In this document: positions 1 to 22,050 of the stretch, in pieces | How positions within the stretch are numbered: the first letter of the stretch is position 1 | How the letters are laid out: every line of letters starts with the position of its first letter | Assembly: GCF_009914755.1 (NCBI RefSeq) | Contig: NC_060931.1 | DNA from: the human T2T-CHM13v2.0 reference genome, Homo sapiens | Direction: 5' to 3' (one strand) | DNA length: 64,000 bases | Notes under the pieces: model-generated | Databases searched by the model: none | What the model saw: the letters and a program-made list of their open reading frames with translations, nothing else | What the model was told of the DNA's origin: nothing | Program-made: the position numbers and the translations under genes

Positions 1-102
1 AGGGCCAACCTTAGGGAGATGAAGGCCAGTTAAAATGTTTTATTGCCACAAATGGTGTCTTTTAAGAAATGAATCCATGTATTTTACACTTAAATGATAT
101 TA

Positions 103-151
103 GGCTACTCCGGGCACACTGCCTATGGGGTAGCCCTGCTCTGCAAGGAGT

Positions 152-182
<31 letters not shown>
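103..182 (+). other. Short (~52 nt) structured element with an A28 tail, probable retrocopy of unknown source
   Basis: Two predicted hairpins followed by poly(A) at 155-182. Confidence 0.45.
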
Positions 183-185
<3 letters not shown>

Positions 186-683
186 AAAGATACAACTTAG
201 TTTCTCTGTGACTAGGGAAATCGTCCAAGTATGTATCAAATAATGCTAATTGGTACCTAGTTTTATATCTTGATTAGGCAACTTTTTGCTTAAAATTGTT
301 TTGGAATGCATTAGTATTTCTACAGCTTCAGGCTGCTTTATCATCTAATACACAGTTGGATATTTAATATATAGTTTTATCAGTTTTTTTTAAACACTGT
401 TTTTGAGAGGTCTGAGGAAAAAAAAGATAGTGTTACCAAAAATACTTCTATAGGGAAATACTGATAGAAATGTATAGGTAGCCTTGAAATTCTGAAGTTA
501 ATAAAAAAATTTGAATGCAGGTAACCTTTCATGGAGTTTGTCAAATTTTAAATTGTGTCTTACATCAGTGATGACTGAAGCAGTAAGGAGTGAGCTTGCA
601 GCAAACAGTGGGGATTGTTGCAGCATCAGCACTTCAGCCAGCTCTGCAGGTTTCCTTGGAGACACGTGGATTTCTCTTTCTAG

Positions 684-1041
<358 letters not shown>

Positions 1042-1224
1042 TAATTTATATTCTAAATTTGTTAGTCTTACTGGCATTTGATGAAAACTAAAAAGGTAAT
1101 TTTGAGATTTCAAGTACTGGTGAGAGAATGTCCCATAGCCTTGAGGGTTGGAATTGTGTACATTGACAGCATAGTGCCACGATACAGGCTAGCATGAGTT
1201 CTGGAGGCAAACTTGGATTCTTAC

Positions 1225-2266
<1,042 letters not shown>

Positions 2267-2881
2267 TAGGAATGGAAGATTTCTGCACCAGTCCCAGCGT
2301 TTGTGGATGTGCATGGAACCCTGTTGGTGAAGTTTTCTTGCCTTGGAGAAGGACCCTAAACAGTTTCCTAAATAGCTCTCCTGTCTGCGCTTGGTTGCAT
2401 TCCTGTCGTTTTTGATTCCCGCACATACCGTTTGGAGCATCTTCGTAACCCTGCCGTCCAGTCATCACTCTCTTAAGTCCATCTCCCTTGTAGTTAGAAG
2501 TTATCTTTCCACATACTCCTGTTGAGTTCACACCACCGCTTAACTCTTCTACTTACAGTGGAAGAGTCCTAATTCCTTAGTTGTAAAATTCTTCAGTTGC
2601 GCCCTGTTCTTTCTTGTCCTGACTCCCTCCCCTCCCTCTTACTCCCAGCACCCTCACACTGACGTTCCACCCTCCTAACTTGCTGCGTCCCACATGGGCT
2701 GTGTGCTGTCGTTATTTTGCCTGAGCATACGCTGTTACTTGTGTGTGGAATACTTTTGCCTCTGTTCTCTGCCTGGGGAGCTTACTCTTGTTTTTCATTT
2801 CGTCAGTAAAATGTCAGTGTTAATTTTTCCTTTCCTCATGGTCTCTATACCATCTCCCCAGCACTCTGTGCATATTTGTCT

Positions 2882-3935
<1,054 letters not shown>

Positions 3936-4474
3936 AATTTTATTGTTAATTGTAGCATCCTGGTCCATTTTCCCGTCCTGATCAGAAAGAGAGCTGTGGG
4001 TCTTGTTATCTTTTGTTGGTGGCAATTGGACTGTCCCTGGAGTATCTGTGTTGGACTGGGGGCACTAAGACATTACGACATTGGAGCTTGCTCAGAGGGG
4101 AGGGACCAGGTAGGTCAGGGTTTCTTAGGAGGAACTGTGAAGAATTGTAAGGGTATATTTGCCTAGAGACAGAAAAACTTGCCAAGATAAAGCCCCCAAA
4201 TATCCAAAGGTAACTATGCGGAAGAGAAATTGAACCTGTATCGCATAATTTGAATAAGGACCAAAGGGTGAAAATTCCTTGGAGACCCCCGCTCCCCAGC
4301 ATAAGGAAGAATTCCTGTAGTTAACTAAAATTCAGGGCTTGACTTTGGAGATAATGAGTTCCGGTCACTGGCGTTTGTTCAGGCAGAGAAAGGTTGCACT
4401 AATTAGTGGTTATTGAAGTGTGGATGCCTTATGAGTCAGAGCTTGAACTTGGTGATATAAAGGTCCTTTAATAA

Positions 4475-5055
<581 letters not shown>

Positions 5056-5193
5056 TGTCTTTGAATACTGTCTCACTGTTTTTGTTCTGAGTCTTTGAAA
5101 AGAATGTTAAAGGTCAATAGTAGTTGGAAGAACTAAGCCTGACTGTCTCCCAACTCATGGTTTTACCAAAAACTCTATTAAAAAACTGTTGTG

Positions 5194-6170
<977 letters not shown>

Positions 6171-6921
6171 ATATACATATATATGTATATATATATAATT
6201 TTCTTTTTTACTCCAAGTAAGCTAGGAGTATCTTCAGTATTGCTGAAGGCTTTATTTAATCATGCAGTGTGTATTTGATGGTGGATTACTCTCTGAATAT
6301 TTATTCAGTTGAATGTGGAATGAGGTGGTATGAAGATGGGGGTGGGGGTGATTTGGAGGTCCTTTGACTATTCCTGCTGGCTCCCTGGTGAGGGTGTGGC
6401 ATCTCTGCAGATGAGTTCTCCTGACTGTGCTCAGGCGGCTGTCTGTGTGCCCATCGCTCCTGCCTGCTTTTCTCTTTCCTTCCCACTTCCTCATTGTGTG
6501 AGACCATCCACTCCGTGTATTACTGGTTCCTTTCTACTTCATCACAAGCAGGTAGCACTTAGGATATTCTAGATGGAGCTCAGGGCTTTCTTCCCTTGGA
6601 GAGCATCATCTGTAAACAACCATGGAAGTGGATGTCACCCACTTCACAGGGTGGGGAAGCAACCACAGTGAGTAGGTAGTTTTCCAAGGAACCACGGCTT
6701 GTTTACGATAAACACCCAGTTCCACTTCCAAGTTCCTACGCTGTGAACATTACTGCTTCCCTGTACAGGGAAGGCAGGGTGGTAAATCCTTGATTCTTAG
6801 TGCTTGCTGGCTTTTTAGAGTGACATGAACTCAAGAATTTTAAATGTAGGTTTTAAATTCAATTCAGTCAATTCACTTTGAAGCCCACATTCTCGTTAAG
6901 GTCAGGAATTGCCCTATCAAA

Positions 6922-7427
6922 ATTTTTTTTTTTTAATTTTTAAAATTTTTCGTAGAGACAGGGTTTCGCCGTGTTGCCAAGGCTGGTCTTGAACTGCTGG
7001 GCTCATGCAGTTTGTCCGCCTCGGGCTCCTAAAGTGTTGAGATTACAGGTGTGAGCTGCCGCACCCGGTCCAGTTTGGTTTCTGTGTCCTTTTGATGTAC
7101 ACTTCGTCTTTTTGAAGTTTTTAAACTTTATTTTGAGGTAGTTTTAGATTTACAGAAAAGTTGTAAAGATAGTACAGGGATTTTCCTGTATACCGTTCAC
7201 CCAACTTCCCTTAATCTTTCTGTAACTGTGGTAACTGTGGTGAATTTCTCAAAAGTAAGCAGTTGACACCGCTACAGTACTGTTAAATGTGGACTTTATT
7301 CATATTCCACCTGTTTTTCTGCTAATGTCCTTTTCCTGTTCTAGAAACCATCCGAGGAACCCAGATTGTATTTAGTTGTCATTTATTCTTAGTTACAGGT
7401 TGTCTGTCCCCTTGTTTTTCTTGACCG

Positions 7428-7473
<46 letters not shown>

Positions 7474-8485
7474 ATTTTTTTTTGTTTGTTTGTGATAAGT
7501 TGGGCCTGGTTAGTGCTTGGATGGGAGATAGGGTCTCGTTCTGTTGCCTGTGCTGGAATGCCGCGGTGCAGTCCTGACTCACTGTAGCCTTGACAACCTT
7601 CCTGGCTCAAGTGATCCTCCCACCTCAGCCTCCTGAGTAGCTGGGATGACAGACACATGCCACCATGCACAGCTACTTAAATTTTTTTTTTGTTGCACAG
7701 AGTTCTCACTGTGTTTCCCAGGCTGATCTTGAACTCCTGGGCTCAAGCAGTCCTCCTGCCTTGGCCTCCCAAAGTGCTGGAATTATAGGAGTGAGCCACT
7801 GCGCCTGGCCTGAGTCTGTGATTTTGGATAGCTTTTTAAATTTTCTTGCTTGATCTAGCATTAGCCAGTATAGTAAATTTTTATTTCAATTTAATTCTGA
7901 ATTGACCTGTACTTTATAGCTGGTTTTGTCCAGGGCAGGACCACAGATTGTATCTGTTGTGATAATAATCTGCACATTTATTCATTTTTATTTGTTTTTT
8001 TCGACTTTTTTGAGATGGAGTTTTGTTCTTGTTGCCCAGGCTGGAGTGCAATGGTGCGATCTCGGCTCACCGCAGCCTCCGCTTCCTGGGTTCAAGCGAT
8101 TCTCCTGCCTCAGCCTCTTGAGTAGCTGGGATTACAGGCATGCGCTACCACGCCCGGCTAATTTTGTATTTTTAGTAGAGACAAGGTTGCTCCATGTTGA
8201 TCAGGCTGGTCTCGAACTCCCGACCTCAGGTGATCCACCCACCTTGGCCTCCCAAAGTGCTGGGATTACAGGTGTGAGCCGCTGTGCCCAGCTATTCATT
8301 TTTAGTTTTAATTTTTTTTTTAAAAAAAATTATTTTCATTTTTTTGGAGACAGGTCTCGCTCTCACCCCAAGCTGGAGTGCTGTGGCACGCTTTCGAACT
8401 GGTCTCCAACTCCTGGGCTCAAGGAGTCCTCCGACTTTGGTCTCACAAAGTGCCAGGATTACAGGTGTGTGCCACCGTGCCCAGC
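6922..8485 (-). mobile_element. Antisense Alu cluster (~6922-7070, ~7515-7810, ~7995-8290, ~8330-8485) with an old L1 3'-end fragment at ~7120-7390
   Basis: Alu motifs; ttttagatttacagaaaagttgtaaagatagtacag resembles L1M 3'UTR. Confidence 0.75.
7431..7468 (+). repeat. (TG)19 microsatellite
   Basis: Read directly. Confidence 0.95.
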
Positions 8486-8998
8486 CAATATCTGCACATT
8501 TATAAGCTGACATCTCTGAGAGCACAGGGCAGGATGAAATTAGAGGCTGCTGTAGGTCAGGGTAAGGGATAATGATGCTGGTGAAGATAAAGAACAGTGA
8601 ATGAATTTCATTTATTTCAGAGGTAGACTCGGCAGAACTTTGTGATTTATTTGTGTCTGTGTGCTGAGTGTAGTGACGTTGGCGAAGGTGAACATTTCAC
8701 AGGCACCTCGGAGCTCAAGGTAGAATTTACTAGAAAATGACCAGGTATGTAGGAGGTGGGGAGGATTAAGAGTTAAATTTTGGTCGTGTTCTATTTAGGA
8801 TGTCTGCTGGACATCCAAGTGGCTGTGTCAAGTAGTCATCTGTCTATTTGTGTCTGAAGTGCCCAGGAGAGGCCTGAGCTTGGAGCTTACATCTGGGACT
8901 CATTGCTAAGTAAATTATATTTATGTAATGGGAAAGGATGAAAACCCACATGTAGGATGAGAGTTGGCCTTGAGCCTTTAGCGTTCCCGTAGTTTCTT

Positions 8999-9307
8999 TT
9001 ATTTATTTATTTATTTATTTTGAGATGGAGTCTCACTGTCGTCCAGGTTGGAGTGCAGTGGCGCGGGCGCGATCTCGGCTCACTGCAGGCTCCGCCTCCC
9101 GGGGTTCACGCCGTTCTCCTGCCTCACCATCCCGAGTAGCTGGGACTACAGGCACCCGCCACCTCTCTTGGCTAATTTTTTGTATTTTTAGTAGAGATGG
9201 AGTTTCACCGTGTTAGCCAGGATGGTCTTGATCTCCTGACCTCGTGATCTGCCCGCCTCGGCCTCCCAAAGTGGTGGGATTACAGGCGTGAGCCACCGCA
9301 CCCGGCC
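8999..9307 (-). mobile_element. AluY-like SINE
   Basis: Full dimer; degenerate 19-bp TSD agcgttcccgtagtttctt / agcattcctgtggtttctt. Confidence 0.9.
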
Positions 9308-10863
9308 AGCATTCCTGTGGTTTCTTCAGCGGGCCAGTGGAGGGGTGAAAGCTGGTGGTGGAAGGCAGATGGAGAGAGAAGTTGGACAAGGAGAGCTGGG
9401 AAACGTCTGTGGGTGGTGCTGTGGGTTTTTTACTGACCTTAAATAAGAGCCTCCAGTGGCAGGCAGTGGGGAGCTGCAGCAGGACTGGGGGATGAGTCCA
9501 GGCAAGGAAGTGGAGCGGCTAAGGGTAAGCAGTGCAGGAGGAGCGCAGAGGTGAGGGCATCCACTCCAGGGGGTGGCTCTCATACTGCCTTTATGCTTTC
9601 CTTGTAGGGTAGCCTTCATTTGGTAAGGAAACTAGCCATTTGATGGAGTGCTGCATGAATACCGAGTGCTGTTAGTGGATGCTGCACGTACATGACAGAG
9701 CAGGCTTTCAGTGAGAGTGTTTTTGGTGGTGAAGTAAATCACAGCATTCCCCAGCTGGCCACGCGGCCCTCGCCCACACCCACGTTCTCACCTCTGTGCT
9801 CACTGCCTCGGGAGGTGTCTTCCTCCCATTCCCACCACCATATGCACAAACACAGGCACACAAGTGCAGATAGAAGATGAGCTGTTTGGACTTGCGAGGG
9901 CATGTGTGCTTGGTGTGTGGCACATTGAATGGCCTCTTGCTATATATAGTGCTCAGAGGGGATGATCCAGATGTCTGGCATGGGGAGACTGGTACTGAGA
10001 TTTCTGCTCTTGTTCTGTTAGTGAGAGTGGATTAGCAGCTTCCCTCTGTTTCTGCTAGGTACTGCCACTGGCATCACTGCCAAAATGCCACCTCAGATCG
10101 TTGGCAGCAAACTGGAGCTGGAGTGAAAATAACCTCACGTAGTCACTCAGCCAAGGGAATGAGGGAGACGTGAAGAAACGCTGGCTTTCCTGCTGCTTGT
10201 TGCCTGCTCTGTCTTGTGTGCTGTGACTGATGGGCAGGTTTTTAGTTACTGAAAGAAGATTGCGGTGTTCCTACTTACGGGAGTCGACTCCTGTCTTTTC
10301 TCTAGAGACTGGTCGGACCTGTGTGGCTTGAATCCTGTATGTTGCCATGTCATTCTAACTACCAGGGAGGAAATCTTTCATAACTAGGGGTTCCTTACCT
10401 TGTAACTTATTACATGAAGTCCCTAATATTTTATATTGATTATTTCCAAATGGAGTGGAAAGAACTGTGCAGTGGTATACCCTTAGGCACATTCTCCAAT
10501 TAATATTTTATCTTTGTTTTATTATGTATCCAGCAAAGCTGATAACGTTAAATTGGAATAATTACAAGAAAATAGGAACAAGTTTTTTTCTAAGTTGTAA
10601 TTTTAAAAATACTGGGAACAAATCTACTTAAGAAAAAGAACATTTTGATACTCTAAATTCCGTATCTTGTAGTTGGCATATTAAACTTAACACCTAGAAT
10701 CTTTGCTGTCATGTATTTGAAGATGTACATTTCTTTTCTAAGTTTGATGTTAGTCATTCTGTCGAATTGATAATGTAGTTTATATACATCTAAATAGATC
10801 CTGATTTCCATTATAGTTTTTTGTTTTTTTGATGAAAGGACTTCCATAAAAACAAGAGTTTTA

Positions 10864-11005
10864 GGTCCAGGTTTGGTGGCTCATGCCTGCAGTCCCAGCA
10901 CTTTGGGAGGCTGAGGTGGGAAGAATCCTTGAGCCCAGGAGTTTGAGACCAAGATCAGCAACAAAGTGAGACCCTGTCTCAATTAAAAAAAAAAACAAAA
11001 AACAA
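10864..11005 (+). mobile_element. Alu left monomer (FLAM-like)
   Basis: gtggctcatgcctgcagtcccagcactttgggaggc...gagaccctgtctc followed by an A-rich tail. Confidence 0.8.
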
Positions 11006-11052
11006 AAACCAAGAGTTGAAGTTTCCACAGATGTGTCTTTGTGGCTTTGTGA

Positions 11053-11532
<480 letters not shown>

Positions 11533-12496
11533 TGTGCAGATTCTTGATTGTTGTTTTAAAAGAGTAGGTTAGCCAGTCAAATTGAAAGAAGTAAATTGGT
11601 TAGGAAACGTCACATCTTAAAGCAGCAGTGTGCGTAGTTCCTCCTTGTGGGAGCAGAGGCTACATCCTCCATTAGAGCTGGCAGAAGCAGAATGGGTTTC
11701 ATTGTACATTTTACTGCCCGGGGAAGTAACAAGGTTGAACCACGTAATCCATAGGGGAACTTAGAGAATGAATCTCTGCTGCTGGTTTTCCACCTTCCAT
11801 TCGGTAGTGATACTATCTAATTAGTGTGGTCAACAGGGCAATATTGTATTTGTTTGGTAGAGGAATGGATGGGAGCTTGGAACCAGAGGGTAAAGTTAAC
11901 GCTAACTACTGTGTAGTCAAAGGTCTTTCTCTCTTGGGAGATGTGTGGGAGGGCTTTTGCTGTTCCCTCGTGTGGGTGACAGAATGGTGGAAGGATGGCT
12001 TTCTATTGTTCCCATGTGAAGTTAGTTCAGGGCAGGGACAACGTGTTTGTCCTTGGAGCCCCGTGGTCTTGCCCGATGCCTGGCACAGGAATGCATTGAA
12101 TGAAAGAGGTAACTGACGTTCCCTGAGCACAGACCGTGTCTAGGAACACATGACAGACTTTGTCAGCTAGTGGTCAAGTGGCACGGAGTCTCTGCCTAGA
12201 GTCACCTGTTGTTTAGTTTAGGCTATTATTAGGCTATTTCAGAGCTTTTTTCCCCGTCTCTAGAAGGGTCTTAGGGCATGAATCTGGGAACCAGTTCCCA
12301 GACAAGGTCTTGGCCCAGCAGGCTAGTGGTTAGCTCTAGTGGAAGTTCCCTCTGTAGGCCAGTAGGTGCTAAGGTGACACCACCCCTTCCTCCCTCTCCA
12401 GACCCATCCCACCACCGTGATTTGCCCATCCCCAGCAGCCTCATCACTGACCACCTGTTTTTATTTGCAGGACCCATTCCAACAATCTCGTAAAAC

Positions 12497-12561
12497 ATGG
12501 TGGATTACTATGAAGTTCTAGGCGTGCAGAGACATGCCTCACCCGAGGATATTAAAAAGGC
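12497..12561 (+). CDS. DNAJB6: DNAJB6 exon 2 coding part (exon 12471-12561), MVDYYEVLGVQRHASPEDIKKA, start of J-domain
   Basis: Acceptor ttatttgcag at 12461-12470; strong Kozak AAACATGG; in-frame upstream TAA at 12491-12493; donor GC|gtaagt; classic J-domain helix I sequence. Confidence 0.98.
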
Positions 12562-13304
12562 GTAAGTAGTTTTATTTCTGTGGTAATGCATTTTCACAGT
12601 GGTACATTGGTAATTGAGTAGTATAACTTCTTCTATTGCCTATGAAAATGGCTTTTAATGTAGTATACCAGTCTTTGAATGCCACATAGTTTAATTTGAC
12701 AGAGCAGTTAACGAGCATTTGCAGTCTAGGCCTGGGCTTTGCTCTTCATTAGTCAGTCACTTGGTTTATATCTGAAGTTGATGATTGTTTCACTGAGGAT
12801 GTGAGATAATCCCAAACATCTTTTACATTGGACTTTGAAAATGGAGCTGACTTGGCACTCTTGAGTGCCCCTTTGGAAGGCAGGGGCCCAGAGTACATAG
12901 CACTCAAATTTTCTTGTTGTGATTGTTGGGCTCCAGCCTATGCCACTGGAGTCCCTTCTGATTCATATGAAAGTTCGAGAACTGCAGCGCTGCCTGTGGT
13001 ACCTGCATCTGTGTGACCAGGGCCTGGCCATTGTGAGGAGGGCAGTTCAGCCACAGAAGGCTCTCACGGTAACCTTAGTCTGTTTAATTAATGAGGTGTT
13101 AACTGTGAATGTAGAGTATACAGCAAAGACGTCATGAAACAGATTGTTAGATTTTAACATAGCTAGAGAGCAGTTAGCCTGGAATAGTTGGAACCAACTT
13201 AAAAAAATTGTTAATAAATAATGGAGTGTCTATACTGCTAGACTTAGTGGGTCTGAAGATAGAATTAACTTTTTTGGGGGCCAAATAGTTCATTTTGCTT
13301 AATT

Positions 13305-13781
<477 letters not shown>

Positions 13782-14014
13782 TTATTTGAAACCTCTGCCG
13801 AGGAACCTAGTAGAAGCAGTCTACTGAGGAGAGGTCAGGCAGGCCCTGATGCTGTCACTAGTAGAGTGAGGTTTCCCACACTGTGAGGAAGCCTGTGCTG
13901 CACACTTGAGGCTCACACTATTCTTATCAGTAATGTTAACAGCCAGGCATACTTGACAGATTATAAGACGAAGACAGTTGGGAATACCTTACTCCTCTCG
14001 AATAAGTTAATGGA

Positions 14015-14362
14015 TGTATTAGTCTGTTTTTACGCTGCTGATAAAGACGTACCTGAGACTGGGAAGAAAAGGAGGTTTAATTTGACTTACAGTTCCACAT
14101 GGCTGGGGAGGTCTTACAATCATGGAGGAGGGCGAAAGACACTTCTTACATGGCGACAGCAAGAGAATGAGGAAGAAGCAAAAGCGGAAACCCCTTATAA
14201 ACCCATCAGGTCTTGTGAGGCTTATTATCAGGAGAATAGCACGGGAAAGACTAGTCCCCATGATTCAGTTACCTCCCCCTGGGTCCCTCGCATAACACCT
14301 GGGAGTTCTGGGAGTTACAACTCAAGTTGAGATTTGGGTGGGGACATAGCCAGCCCTTATCA
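14015..14362 (-). mobile_element. THE1-family (MaLR) solo LTR
   Basis: TG...CA termini; tgtattagtctgttttt...gatttgggtggggac matches the THE1 reverse consensus; perfect 5-bp TSD ATGGA at 14010-14014 and 14363-14367. Confidence 0.9.
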
Positions 14363-15061
14363 ATGGATAAGCATAATATGTGTACAGTGCTTTCAGTAAT
14401 GATGGAAATTACATACCTTTATGATAGAGGTCATTAGAGAGTAGATTGGTTTTAGTTGTTTCTGAGAACATACAGGTTGCTGAGTGTCTCTAGCATGACG
14501 TTGAAGTAGGAATTTAGAAAAGGCTGTTACCTTTAAAAGCAGTGAGATTTCCTGCACTCCTGAGTGTACAGTTGTATAAATGCTGACTTTTAAAAATGAG
14601 CAGAATGATAGCTATGGGGGCGTGCTGTTAGTCTATCTTGTGTACCCTTGGCTTTGTGTGTTGACAGTTTTTGATTGAAGACTTAAAGGTCTGTGGCTGC
14701 CACCTGTTCTGCATCTCTCCTGAGATACCAGACTCTTCCTGGGTTTGAGTCACACACCATGGGCCTTCCTTCCTTGGTGCTGAAGTACTGGTGTGCAGGT
14801 CCAACAGATCTGAAGGTCAACATTCAAAGTCATTTGGCACTGTTTACACTTGCATATCGTGTTGTATTACACCTTGATTTTTAAATATTTTAGTAGTGTA
14901 TGACTGGGGCATACACAGTTGAATCTTGTCCTGCATTCTCATCCATTGCCAAGTTTTCATATGAACACTAGATGATAGGTAGTACTGCACACTAATCATT
15001 TTTTCTCTTTTGTCTTTTGTATGGTCTGTTATTTTTGACTGAGGATTTCTGGCACATTTAG

Positions 15062-16905
<1,844 letters not shown>

Positions 16906-17043
16906 ATCTGGATTTTAGAACTTTGTGTATTTCATTGTAGAGGAAAGGGAGGTTTTACAGTTAAAACCAGTATTCATCTCACCAGTTGGCAGCTCTGAAG
17001 CCATTCTCGTGGTTAATGATGTTAGTTTCAAAAGCATAGTTGA

Positions 17044-17202
<159 letters not shown>

Positions 17203-18058
17203 TGACAGCGAGCTGCTGAAGGACCCTGAGCGGGCATGCCGGAATGCGGAGTGGGTGTTGGGATCCTCCTCAGGGTAGCACAGTATGGACTCAAGTGACT
17301 TGTTTTTGATGCCTACTGGATTTTGGGCCCTTCTAAGAGATTTTTACTTTTCTCGTGAAGATTTGAATTGATTTAGGTAACCATGAGTGCTGGGGAGCTC
17401 CAGGGCTTCTAGTAGTTTCTCCTAGGATGGCTGTTTTAAAAGCAGGACTAGACATCCTGGGTTTGAGGAACCTGGGAGAGAGGAGGTTGCGGGACTCAGG
17501 TCACTGTGCATGTGGCGTGCTTGCCCCCGTTGTGTGTGATCATTCTGACCTTGCTCACCCCCACTGGCTTAAACAATACCATTCCAGTGGAGTCAGCTTT
17601 ACTGCTTGAGAGGATGTCATTAGTTCCCAAAAAGAGGGGATGGAACATACAGCTAAAATTTAGATTTCCAGTTTCAGGCCTGTTTTCCCCTCCTAGGTCT
17701 GGAGCAGAGGTGTTCTATGTTACTGGAAGTCAGATCCATTGGCCTAGTTCACAAATGGGTGAGGGGTCAGAGGTCAGCTGTCGCCTAGATGCAGTCAGGG
17801 TTCCATGGGGGAAGTAAAGGCTGTGCATGGGGCCTGGGGTGGGGGAACAGTGACAGAACTGGAAAGCCACACAGTGCCCCTGTCTGCTGCAGTGCTGGGT
17901 GGCCTGTTGTGAGCAAAGGCCGAGGCTTTTCCAAGGTTAGGGATGGACTAACTGAACCCTGGAAGTGGGCACTTGGTTAAGTGTATCTGCATGTGGTCAG
18001 GTAATTGGCCCTTATTTACAACAAAAAAAATTTTTTTTTTTTTTAAAGAACCCAATTT

Positions 18059-20179
<2,121 letters not shown>

Positions 20180-20377
20180 TAAATACTTAAATATTTCTAA
20201 TAACTTGTAAAAATTCAACATACTGAATTTTTTTTGAATTGTTTTTCAGGAGAGAGGTACAGAAAGTTTTCCCTGTTGCTTTGTTTTGTTTTAAAGAAAA
20301 GGTGGCCATACTCCTTGAAATTCAGTTGTAAAACATCGAAAACTGATTTACAACTGGGGAAATACCTTATCTATTGA

Positions 20378-20539
<162 letters not shown>

Positions 20540-21278
20540 TGAGTTTGTAAATCACGAGTCTCTTGGTCAGAGTCGATTTTGTATCAGTAAATAGAGATGC
20601 AACGTAGAAAGCGAACTAAATTGGGGAGAGGACAGAGAAATTGATGGCATTTAAAAATCTTTTACGAGACTAGAAGTATATGTTGATGTATTTTTTATAG
20701 ATAGAAACAATTTGTAACCATACTGCAATATATTGTGAACATATACCCTTAGATCAGCACTTGACGTTATGTCAAAATATCCTAAGGGTTTAAAGAGCAG
20801 ATTTTCCTGAAAAGCTAAAATAATGACTTTGAAGGGCGTGGACTTTGTCCCCAAAAGTTCCCACGGTCACTGGGCTGTGACCAGCCTCCCCAGGGGTGTT
20901 GGGAAATTATTGCTCCAAACCCACTGGGGCCACGCGGCAGCTTCTGTGGCTCCAGGAGGCCAGTCGTCGAAGTGGATGCAGATACTCTTGGTCTTCATAA
21001 ACCTTCATAACAAATCATAAAAATGGTGTGTAATGTTACATGTTATATGCCGATCACGGATTTAGAGATGGTGAAAAGTAGTGTCGAAGGGGCCACTGCT
21101 GCACTCATATGCCATCAGCGCTGGGCACACTCACTCTCTGTCAGTACAGGGCTCATGTTTTGAATTATAGAGAACTTCAGGTTTATGAAATATTTTTGTT
21201 TTTATTAGTTCATGATTTGTATAATGTTTTGTCAACAAAGAATTCTTTGCCTACAAAGCACCAAAATTCATAAACTAA

Positions 21279-21491
<213 letters not shown>

Positions 21492-21506
21492 TAACATTGT
21501 ATTTTA

Positions 21507-21833
<327 letters not shown>

Positions 21834-21849
21834 TTAAAGCAGCATTGGA

Positions 21850-22050
21850 CTAGCCTGAACAACATGGTGAAACCCTGTCTCAACAACAACAAAAAAAATA
21901 CTAAAAATTAGCTGAGTGTGGTGGCGTGTGCCTGTGGTCCCAGCTACTTGGGAGGCTGAGGTGGGAGGATTTCCTTGAGCCTGGGAGGTTGAGATTGGGC
22001 CACTGCACTCCAGCTTGGGTGACAGAGCAAGGCCCTGTCTCAAAAAAATA
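21850..22050 (+). mobile_element. 5'-truncated sense Alu (J-like)
   Basis: Right-arm consensus with A tail. Confidence 0.8.

Noticed and set aside
7926-8510. 194-aa ORF and the many similar 60-130 aa ORFs containing [15 protein letters not shown] or [10 protein letters not shown]
   Set aside because: These are translations of Alu sequence.
14099-14111. PRDM9 hotspot 13-mer in the THE1 LTR
   Set aside because: The minus strand reads CCTCCCCAGCCAT, mismatching CCNCCNTNNCCNC at positions 7 and 13.
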